This document shows positions 35,826-43,496 of a DNA stretch of 64,000 nucleotides, one piece after another. A model generated the notes under the pieces. That model worked only from the letters and a program-made list of their open reading frames with translations, did not search any database and was not told the DNA's origin. The first letter of the stretch is position 1. The number at the start of each line of letters is the position of its first letter. A program made the translations under genes and the position numbers. Source of the stretch: Nanobdellota archaeon (lineage in GTDB: Archaea; Nanobdellota; Nanobdellia; SCGC-AAA011-G17; GW2011-AR17); contig JAHJRD010000093.1 in NCBI GenBank assembly GCA_018830945.1, forward strand, positions 14,495 through 78,494. Direction: 5' to 3'.

Positions 35826-38108
35826 CGCCTGCTTTCTAACTTCTTTCTTCAGCCAGTCTTCCCACTCAAACAGAATCCTTTTTGTATCAATATGCCCTTC
35901 ATCCTCCAAAACACTTTCAGAAATCCTGTGGAACATGTCATTTGCCTGTATTACAAATGCTGCCTCAAGCATCCTCGGATTTTTTGATCTTGCAGCATAC
36001 TCAACAACCAGCTTTTTGGTGTCAGCCCTGAGCATTATGTTGTCCCAGATGCCGTCCCAGTTTCCTGTCCACTCCTTTACATTCGCGCCAACTGCTTTCA
36101 AAATCTCTGACTCGCCGTTAATCAATTCAGGAGTCGGCTCAAGCTGGTCTGTCTGCGAATTATATCTCATTAAGTCAACAAAACCGCCTTCTGTCAATGG
36201 ATCATTCTCCCACTCTTTCCTTACTTCAGTAATCTGCGTAACCCTTCTCCATGTATGCAAGCCGTCAGGGCTTTTCAATGGGTTTGCCACAATTATCACG
36301 TCAGTTGCCTTGAATGATGTCTTTGGAACGCCCAAGTCATTCACAACCCTGTCGTATACGCCGTAAGGGGAATCGCCGTGTATTGTTCCTGCAACAGTAT
36401 TTGCCATTGCGCCTATTCTCATTGCCTCATACAATGCAAGCGCTTCCTTGCTTCTTACTTCTCCAATAATCAATGCGCTGTTCCCCAATCTTAATGATGT
36501 CCTTATGCCTTCTGTGGCTGACATCTCAGTGCCGCCTTCCATCAATGCAGACCTTACTTTCAAGGGCTGGATGTCATAGTTAAGTTTTCTTAGAGCATTA
36601 GTGGGTAATTCTAACGTGTCCTCTACCGTTATAATGCGGGAATTTCTCATTATGTCAATCATGCATGCGCCCAATAATGATGTCTTACCGCTTGACCTTG
36701 TTCCTGCAACAAGCATTGTCCTTGTGCCGTCAATCAGGAAGCTTATCAATCCCGCTGCCAATGGATTAATCATCCTGTTCTTAACAAACAATGGAAGTGT
36801 CCACGGCTCATCCCTGTGCCTTCTGAAAGAGAACGCAAGCCCGAATGGGTTTAACGGCCTTGAGACTATTGAAACCCTTGATGTTGAATCAGGGAGGTGC
36901 AGTTCAGTGTCAAGTATCGGGTTTGCCTCATCCAGCGGCCTTCCGCTTAATAATCTGAACTTTGTTGCCCAGCTGTCAGTGTCAGTTCTTGCAGGTATTA
37001 AGTTTGATGTGCAGTTGCCGTAGTTTGCATGCAAGACAAATATTGGCACTTCTCCGTTTGGCGAGTTAATCTGCGCATCCTGCACTTTGGTATCCTTAAG
37101 CACAAGCTCCATGAACCCAAACCCTATTGTGTGCCTTATGAGGATTTCAGTCAGAAGCTTTATGTCTTTCATATTGATTTCAATGCCCTGCTCCTCCGCA
37201 AGCTCCCTTAAAAGATCCTTTCCAATGTTTGAGAATGTGTTTCTTAATTTATGCGGGTCAAGAAAATGCTCTTCCTTTGGCTGGTGCTCAGCCAGCACTG
37301 TCTTTGCTAAATCAACAAGCGTATACTTGTCCTCGCTTATCTTGAACTCAGGAGGAGTCATGTGGTACATGAATTTAATGTCATCTGTCACCCTGAATAT
37401 TGTCACTTCAGTGTCCTTGTCAACTGTGTAAACCTCCATCTCTTCGCCTTCAAGAGGCGGGCTTGCCATCACTCTTGTGAACATGAAGTCAGGCGCAATC
37501 ACAGGCCTGAAGAATAACCTGTAAACACCCCTGTCGCCAAGAGTGTATCCTGCAAGGTATTCTTTTGCAGCCTTTATCAGCTTAAGCTCTGCAAGCATGT
37601 TAAAGATTGCAGTTAAAAGCGAGATGAATATCCTTCTTGAATCAGCCATTCTCGGGTCTGCTGTTGATTCCAGCTTTGCCTCTTCAGCCCTTAACATTCT
37701 TTTTAGCTCAACATATGCTCCCAAAGGGTCTGAGCGCAATAAGTTAAATACAATTGAATGCACAATAGCATATCTCTCTGCCAAAATCCCCTGCGCCTCG
37801 TAAGAAGCGCCCAAAGAGTCAGGGCTTAATACCTTCTTTGACTTGATTAAATAGCTGTAAAGATTTGCAACCTCAACAAGCATCTGCGTCTGGTCATAGG
37901 GGTACTCGTAAAACCTTCTTTGTATGAAAATGATTCTTGCAACAGAAGGGTTCTCAGCAAGCTTGTCAATGGCATCCATCATCACAATGGCTTCTCCCTC
38001 CACTGAAGGCGAGTAAGGGGCCTGCTCATAGTTTACTCTTATTACTTCTTCATTGCCCTCTTTTATAATTTCATATCCCCCTGGCGGGACTTTGTGTGAT
38101 TCTGCCAT
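35817..38108 (-). CDS. FlaI/VirB11/GspE-family secretion/pilus-assembly ATPase with long N-terminal extension
   Basis: Walker A GTRSSGKTS, RIITVEDTLEL, and the His-box region of type II/IV secretion ATPases. About 350 aa of extra N-terminal sequence. Confidence 0.75.
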   Translation of the reverse strand: MAESHKVPPGGYEIIKEGNEEVIRVNYEQAPYSPSVEGEAIVMMDAIDKLAENPSVARIIFIQRRFYEYPYDQTQMLVEVANLYSYLIKSKKVLSPDSLGASYEAQGILAERYAIVHSIVFNLLRSDPLGAYVELKRMLRAEEAKLESTADPRMADSRRIFISLLTAIFNMLAELKLIKAAKEYLAGYTLGDRGVYRLFFRPVIAPDFMFTRVMASPPLEGEEMEVYTVDKDTEVTIFRVTDDIKFMYHMTPPEFKISEDKYTLVDLAKTVLAEHQPKEEHFLDPHKLRNTFSNIGKDLLRELAEEQGIEINMKDIKLLTEILIRHTIGFGFMELVLKDTKVQDAQINSPNGEVPIFVLHANYGNCTSNLIPARTDTDSWATKFRLLSGRPLDEANPILDTELHLPDSTSRVSIVSRPLNPFGLAFSFRRHRDEPWTLPLFVKNRMINPLAAGLISFLIDGTRTMLVAGTRSSGKTSLLGACMIDIMRNSRIITVEDTLELPTNALRKLNYDIQPLKVRSALMEGGTEMSATEGIRTSLRLGNSALIIGEVRSKEALALYEAMRIGAMANTVAGTIHGDSPYGVYDRVVNDLGVPKTSFKATDVIIVANPLKSPDGLHTWRRVTQITEVRKEWENDPLTEGGFVDLMRYNSQTDQLEPTPELINGESEILKAVGANVKEWTGNWDGIWDNIMLRADTKKLVVEYAARSKNPRMLEAAFVIQANDMFHRISESVLEDEGHIDTKRILFEWEDWLKKEVRKQAMK

Positions 38109-38231
38109 ACACCCTCTTTTGTTAATCATAGAAAAGGGATTAAGGTATATAAAGATTGTTAGTGGAAAGTTGCTTATTGCTTATTAGTTGGAAAGCAAAG
38201 AAAGGCAGGCCTCCGGCATTATTATTTTGTT

Positions 38232-39248
38232 TTATTTAGGTTTATATGATATTCCTTTTTTCGTTTCTTCAACCACTTTTTTCAGGTCTTCCTTGGAAGG
38301 CAGATTAAGCTGGTATTTTGAAGCAAAAATCCTGCTGCTCATACCGCCAAGCGCGTATTTTACAAATGTATTGTCCTTTTCAGTGCAAAGCACAATGCCT
38401 ATCGGATCATTTTCCCCTTTCAGTGTTTCATTCTCCCTGAAATAGTTAACGTAAAAGTTCATCTGCCCTGCATCAGCATGCGTAAATTTCCCGCTTTTGA
38501 CATCAATCAGGACAAGGCAATTCAAAAACCTGTTGTAAAAGACAAGGTCAACATGATAATGCTCATTATTTATTGAGATTCTTTTCTGCCTTGCAACAAA
38601 TGCATATCCTTTCCCAAGCTCCAATAAAAACTCCTGCAAATGGTCAATCAATGCCTGCTCTATCTGGCTTTCTGTGTATTGGCTTTCTTGCTTGAGATTA
38701 AGGAATTCAAGCACATAAGGGTCTTTTATTTGCTCATCGGGACTTGTTTGGCTGACTTTTGTTTTTGCAAGCAAGGGCTTTTTATTTTTGCTTAAAGCAA
38801 GCCGTTCATATAGCAATGAATGAATCTGCCTTTCGAGTTCCCTGGAATTCCATCCTTGTTTTTCTGCTTCGTTTAGGTAAAATCCTATTGCTTCTTTATT
38901 TTTAATGTAGAGAACGCTGCGATAATGCGTCCATGACAATTTCCTCCGCACTGCGGAGGAATTCCGGAACAGGCAATAAAAGCGCCTCATTCTTTCAAGG
39001 TTTTCCACGCCAAATCCCCTCCCATATTTCAAAGTTAAATCTACTGATAGCTTTTCCAGCAACCTGCTTCCATAGTCAGCCTTTATCTTTCCTTTCTGCT
39101 CAAACTCTATGATTCTTCTCCCTATTTGCCAGTAAGTGCGGGTTATGGCTGTGTTAACAGCAGATGCAGCCTGCCTTCTTCCTTGTTCAAGCAGTTTTCC
39201 TATGTCTGATATGAGCCTGTTATATCCTGCTTTTTGCATTATTTTCAT
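38232..39248 (-). CDS. DUF1016/YhcG-family PD-(D/E)xK nuclease
   Basis: C-terminal HVDLVFYNRFLNCLVLIDVK(SGKF) PD-ExK core, and an N-terminal DUF1016-like helical region. Confidence 0.6.
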   Translation of the reverse strand: MKIMQKAGYNRLISDIGKLLEQGRRQAASAVNTAITRTYWQIGRRIIEFEQKGKIKADYGSRLLEKLSVDLTLKYGRGFGVENLERMRRFYCLFRNSSAVRRKLSWTHYRSVLYIKNKEAIGFYLNEAEKQGWNSRELERQIHSLLYERLALSKNKKPLLAKTKVSQTSPDEQIKDPYVLEFLNLKQESQYTESQIEQALIDHLQEFLLELGKGYAFVARQKRISINNEHYHVDLVFYNRFLNCLVLIDVKSGKFTHADAGQMNFYVNYFRENETLKGENDPIGIVLCTEKDNTFVKYALGGMSSRIFASKYQLNLPSKEDLKKVVEETKKGISYKPK

Positions 39249-39274
39249 TGCTGAAACTGGCTATCAGCTGCTAT

Positions 39275-39400
39275 TCATAAAGCTTTCTGTGAAAAAACGT
39301 GCCTTTTTTCCTAAAAGTTGTAAAAGTGAATGTGTTTGGCGGAAAATCAATAGGAAAAGTGATGAAAAGCAATGAAATTTTCCGCCTTGCCGAAATAGGT
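39275..39400. promoter_or_regulatory. upstream element family 1, copy B
   Basis: GCTTTCTGTGAAAAAAC plus GGCGGAAAAT...ATTTTCCGCC inverted repeat. Lies 5' of the YhcG gene. Confidence 0.3.
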
Positions 39401-39496
39401 TTTTGGCTTTCCGTCGTCAAAGCTGGCATATATACATTAAATGCCACCAACAAAACAGTGAATAGATTTATATCATATTACTTCCTTATTTAGAAT

Positions 39497-40093
39497 ATGA
39501 TTAAGGCAATACTTTTTGATGCAGGCGGAGTAATAATAAAATCAGGGAACCAAATAAATATATTTGCCAAAATTTTCAGGGCAAAAAACAAGCATAAGCT
39601 ATGGGAGAAGATTAACCATTACGTCGGCCCGCTATGCGCCGGGAAAATGTCTGAGAAAGAATACTGGAAAATTATAGCCAAATCAGAAGGAATTGATCCT
39701 AAAAACATACCTGATAATCTTTGGGCCAAAAACTATGGAAAAACAACCAAGATAGACCATAAGATGATGGCATTGATAAAAAGCCTAAGAAAGCAATACA
39801 AAACCATCCTCATCTCCAACACAATCAGGCCCCATGTAATTATCAATAAAAAGAGAGGGCTGTTTGATAATTTTGATGATGTCATAAACTCAAATGAAGT
39901 GCATCTTTCAAAGGATACAAAATCAATTTTTCAGCTTGCCCTGAAAAGAAACCATCTTAAAGCCGAAGAATGCATTTTTATTGATGATATCCAAAAATTT
40001 GTGGATATCGCAAAGTCTGCCGGAATACCTGGAATTTGTTTTAGGAATGTAAGTCAATTAAAAAAAGAGCTTTCCCGTTTGGGAATGTTATAA
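39497..40093 (+). CDS. HAD-superfamily hydrolase
   Basis: Motif I ILFDAGGVI, with a downstream S/T and K, D..D motifs in HAD order. Confidence 0.6.
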   Translation: MIKAILFDAGGVIIKSGNQINIFAKIFRAKNKHKLWEKINHYVGPLCAGKMSEKEYWKIIAKSEGIDPKNIPDNLWAKNYGKTTKIDHKMMALIKSLRKQYKTILISNTIRPHVIINKKRGLFDNFDDVINSNEVHLSKDTKSIFQLALKRNHLKAEECIFIDDIQKFVDIAKSAGIPGICFRNVSQLKKELSRLGML

Positions 40094-40233
40094 ACCTTAA
40101 TGCAGCTTGCTAAAATGGCATTAAATAATGCCGGAGGCCGCTCCTTTCCCTATACCATTAACCAACAACTCACTACAATAAACACCAACCATTAACCATT
40201 AGATATATAAAGATATTTGCCATAAGATAACAT

Positions 40234-40755
40234 ATGCCAGAGGAACAAGAACAGCAGGGGCAGGACATTGTTGTTGAGCTTGTCAACAGGGTGAGGATTC
40301 TTGAGAGCAAGTACAGCCTGATGAGCGAGAGGCTTCTTATAGTAAACCAGAACATGATTGAGCATCATAAAAAGCTGATGAAGGATTTCAGGGCAGGCGA
40401 GATGGAGATAAAAGACATCAAGAATGACCTTGAGAAGGTGAAGAATATCCTAAAGCATTTGTCAGAGGAAGCTGCTAATTTCGCAAGAAAAGACGAGATA
40501 AAGCTATTGGAAAAGTATATTAAGATGTGGAACCCTATTAATTTTATTACTGAAACTGATGTTAAAAACCTGCTTCAGAGGGAGCTGCGCAGGATTGAAG
40601 AGGGGAAACCCGAGCCTGTTGAAGTTAAAAAAGAGGCAGCAGTTCCTAAGCAGTTAAAAAAGGAGAAGAGCAAGAATGGTTTCCGAGCTAAAGGCGAAGG
40701 TGCTCGAAACTATGTTTCGGCACACCGGGATGAGAATCCCGATTGGAACCCTTGA
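40234..40755 (+). CDS. coiled-coil protein, paralog 1
   Basis: Heptad-rich. The N-terminal MPEEQEQQ resembles the start of the next gene. The 3' end runs into a family-2 spacer element. Confidence 0.4.
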   Translation: MPEEQEQQGQDIVVELVNRVRILESKYSLMSERLLIVNQNMIEHHKKLMKDFRAGEMEIKDIKNDLEKVKNILKHLSEEAANFARKDEIKLLEKYIKMWNPINFITETDVKNLLQRELRRIEEGKPEPVEVKKEAAVPKQLKKEKSKNGFRAKGEGARNYVSAHRDENPDWNP

Positions 40756-40770
40756 ACGAAACGGAGTGAA

Positions 40771-41262
40771 GTGAAAATGCCTGAAGAAGAAACACCGCAG
40801 GAGGATATGCAAGTTTCTGCCCTTAGCAGGGCTGAAGAAGAGATACCAGTGCCGTCTCCTGTTTCAGCGCCACAAATGTCAATGACGCCTTCTGCTGAGA
40901 TGCCTTCAATGCCAACTCCTCCTTCAATGGGATATGATGAGATGCAGTCAATTGTTGAGGAAATCATTGAGGAGAAATGGAAAGAGATGCTTACAAGCAT
41001 GGGTGACTTGACAACATGGAAAGTGCAGGTTGAGGATGACATGGAAGCTTCAAAGCAGGAGATTCTGAGATTGCAGTCAAGGTTTGACACAATGCAGGCA
41101 GCTATTGTCGGCAAGGTTGGGGAATATGAAGGCTCAATGAGGGACTTGTCAACTGAGATGAAGGCTTTGGAGCAGGTAATGCAGAAGATACTGGAGCCGC
41201 TGACTTCTAATATTAAGGAATTGGGAAGGATAACAGAAGATTTAAGAGGCAGGAAGAAGTAA
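40771..41262 (+). CDS. coiled-coil protein, paralog 2
   Basis: MKMPEEETPQ..., a Pro/Ser/Met-rich linker, then coiled coil. Confidence 0.4.
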   Translation: MKMPEEETPQEDMQVSALSRAEEEIPVPSPVSAPQMSMTPSAEMPSMPTPPSMGYDEMQSIVEEIIEEKWKEMLTSMGDLTTWKVQVEDDMEASKQEILRLQSRFDTMQAAIVGKVGEYEGSMRDLSTEMKALEQVMQKILEPLTSNIKELGRITEDLRGRKK

Positions 41263-41345
41263 AAGCCGGCCTCTGTCACTCCGCAAGCTGCGTTCCGAGG
41301 TCCACTTCATTGCATTCGCAGACCTCCGGCATAATTCTATTGAGA
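41263..41345. repeat. intergenic repeat family 2, copy R5 (inverse orientation)
   Basis: The reverse complement (GGTCTGCGAATGCAATGAAGTGGACCTCGGAACGCAG) matches the 35140..35193 spacer. Shares the GCAGACCTCCGGC core. Confidence 0.45.
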
Positions 41346-41351
41346 TACGGA

Positions 41352-41831
41352 CTATCCTAACACCCTTATCGTTTCCCTCTGAACCTTGAGTATCAGTTCT
41401 TTTACCCTCTTCAGCTGCTGCAAATCAATGCTTGTTTCCACGCCGTATGTGGAAATCTCCCTGGTTTCCCTTATAGTCAGGCTGGTAAGGCTGTTCTCAA
41501 CATCAAGAGTGTCAAATTGGGCAATCAAGTCCTTATCCAAATCCAGCTTATGTTCTTTTATCAAAGCAAGCATGGCGGTGATTGTGCAGGACTGATTTCT
41601 GGATTCATAGCCGTATTTGGCAAGTATTGCCAGAAAGCAGTGATAAATGGCATAAAACCCCACATTTAAAGCCCAGTCATATATCTTCAGCCTTTCAAGG
41701 GTTAATACAACACCATAATTATATTCAGACTTTTTAAGGTGCTTTTGCGCTAAATCCATGTCAGCTTTTGCCTTTACCAGCCTTTTTGCATCTTTCAGGT
41801 GCCATTTCAAATGATTGTCTATTTGCGGCAT
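41352..41831 (-). CDS. HEPN domain protein
   Basis: YAIYHCFLAILAKYGYESRNQSCT block shared with 19360..19881. Confidence 0.6.
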   Translation of the reverse strand: MPQIDNHLKWHLKDAKRLVKAKADMDLAQKHLKKSEYNYGVVLTLERLKIYDWALNVGFYAIYHCFLAILAKYGYESRNQSCTITAMLALIKEHKLDLDKDLIAQFDTLDVENSLTSLTIRETREISTYGVETSIDLQQLKRVKELILKVQRETIRVLG

Positions 41832-42421
41832 TTTTTTATTACCTCCACATATTTCTCAGGGTTATGAAATACAAGATTATCTGACATAATGCTATAAAAT
41901 GCCTTATCTTCCTTGTTTTTTAAAATATCTTTTTCAGTTATATCAACATACCTTATTGGCTGTTCAACCAGCCCTGATTTTCTTATTTCATCTTTTATGC
42001 TTTTAACCCCTGCGGATTTCCCAGCAGGGTACATAAGTAAAATGTCTATGTCATTAAAATGCCTGCTTTTTATGGACGAGCCGAATACCAACCCAAGCTC
42101 TATGCTCTCTTTAAATTTTTTCAAGCTGTGCATCAGGACAGACAGCCATTTGGGAAACTCTTCCTGGCTCAGCATGTATTCCATAAACTTTATTGCCAGC
42201 TTGCTATTGTAAGCATAAGAAAAGAAAGCGGAATTTCCTATTTCCTCTTTTACGAGCAGATTTTTGCCTGCCAAAAGGTTGCAGAGCTTATTGGCGTGGG
42301 CATGGTTGATGCCTAATATTCTTGCTAATTGCCGCGGGTTATGCCTCTCTTTGTAGCGCTTAAAAAGAAATTTGGCTATCTGGATTTCGGTCTTTGTGAA
42401 TTGTATGTTATTAACATCCAT
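41819..42421 (-). CDS. wHTH-fused nucleotidyltransferase (MNT)
   Basis: GSSIKSRHFNDIDIL motif. Start moved to MDVNNIQF because the upstream part of the listed ORF is the R6 repeat. Confidence 0.65.
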   Translation of the reverse strand: MDVNNIQFTKTEIQIAKFLFKRYKERHNPRQLARILGINHAHANKLCNLLAGKNLLVKEEIGNSAFFSYAYNSKLAIKFMEYMLSQEEFPKWLSVLMHSLKKFKESIELGLVFGSSIKSRHFNDIDILLMYPAGKSAGVKSIKDEIRKSGLVEQPIRYVDITEKDILKNKEDKAFYSIMSDNLVFHNPEKYVEVIKKCRK

Positions 42422-42467
42422 GTGTATTCTGATAGCATACAGCATATATAAGCTTTGCGTTTTGGAA

Positions 42468-42552
42468 AAGCCAGCCTCTGTCACTCCGCAAGCTGCGTTC
42501 CGAGCCCCACTTCTCTCCGCTCGCAGGACTCCGGCGCACTTCACTCAATTCC
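42468..42552. repeat. intergenic repeat family 2, copy R6
   Basis: AAGCCAGCCTCTGTCACTCCGCAAGCTGCGTTCCGAG...GCAGGACTCCGGCGCAC is ~80% identical to R5. Confidence 0.45.
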
Positions 42553-42580
42553 ATGCATTAATTACCTTTTGCATGCGTTG

Positions 42581-42790
42581 CTAGAATTTAGGGTTCAGCT
42601 TTTTGAACCAGGGGCAATCACTGCAGCTTTCAAATTCGTTTTTAACCTTAGGGCAGCCCGGCTCCCTGAAAGAGCTCGCAGCCAGCCAGCAGTCCCTGCC
42701 TGAATTATAGTTGTATGCCGGGCATTTTTTCTTTATATCTTCGGCGCAATTCCAGAATTCCCAGCAATTCTTCGGCTCTACTTTAGGCAT
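42581..42790 (-). CDS. small Cys-rich protein (69 aa, 7 Cys), probably leaderless
   Basis: MPKVEPKNCWEFWNCAEDIKKKCPAYNYNSGRDCWLAASSFREPGCPKVKNEFESCSDCPWF. TATATA lies ~25-30 nt upstream of the ATG with no SD. Confidence 0.4.
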   Translation of the reverse strand: MPKVEPKNCWEFWNCAEDIKKKCPAYNYNSGRDCWLAASSFREPGCPKVKNEFESCSDCPWFKKLNPKF

Positions 42791-42887
42791 TATAAAAGAG
42801 ACGCATAAACAGCATATATAGCTTATTTGCAATTTGGGATAAACCTGTGCCTGAAACCTTTAAAAGGCTGAATGAATTCCCCTGATT

Positions 42888-43373
42888 ATGGAGCAGTACT
42901 GGATGCCAAGAAGGCTTGACTTCAAAAATTTAAGAATGTGCCTTGACAATTACACTGCAGAAAGATTGTTAATAAGGGATGCCGGCTCAAGAGGCGGCAA
43001 AATCCATGTTGATGAAAATCTTGAAGGAAGAACTTTAGATTTCAGGAAAGATAAGTCAGGATTGTATTTTCTTATTGATTCAAATGAAGCATTTCATTTC
43101 CCGCTGAAACAGCGCGGCACAAGAAAAGGAGACGGCTTTTCACTTGCATACGAAAGAATAGGAATTATTAACGGCGTCGAAAGGCAGGTAATGCTCGGCA
43201 CAGGCATTGACCCTTATGATGAAAAGCTTCCAGAGCCGAGAAGGTCAATATTAGTTCATGACATTGATAATTATTTTGTCCAGATATTTTTCAAAGGAAG
43301 AATCCACCTGAAGTTCCATTCATGGTACCAGAAGCCGCACTGGAAATACTGGACAATCGCAAAAGAGCGTTAG
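42888..43373 (+). CDS. hypothetical protein
   Basis: 161-aa ORF with no recognisable motif. Confidence 0.4.
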   Translation: MEQYWMPRRLDFKNLRMCLDNYTAERLLIRDAGSRGGKIHVDENLEGRTLDFRKDKSGLYFLIDSNEAFHFPLKQRGTRKGDGFSLAYERIGIINGVERQVMLGTGIDPYDEKLPEPRRSILVHDIDNYFVQIFFKGRIHLKFHSWYQKPHWKYWTIAKER

Positions 43374-43496
43374 AATTCCAGCGGCCTTTTTAGTTCATAT
43401 CACACAGCACTACCCATAATCCAACACCACTAACTAACTTTATAAATCATAAAACCCTATAAAATCATATATTTAGAACTATAAAAGAGGGAATAA

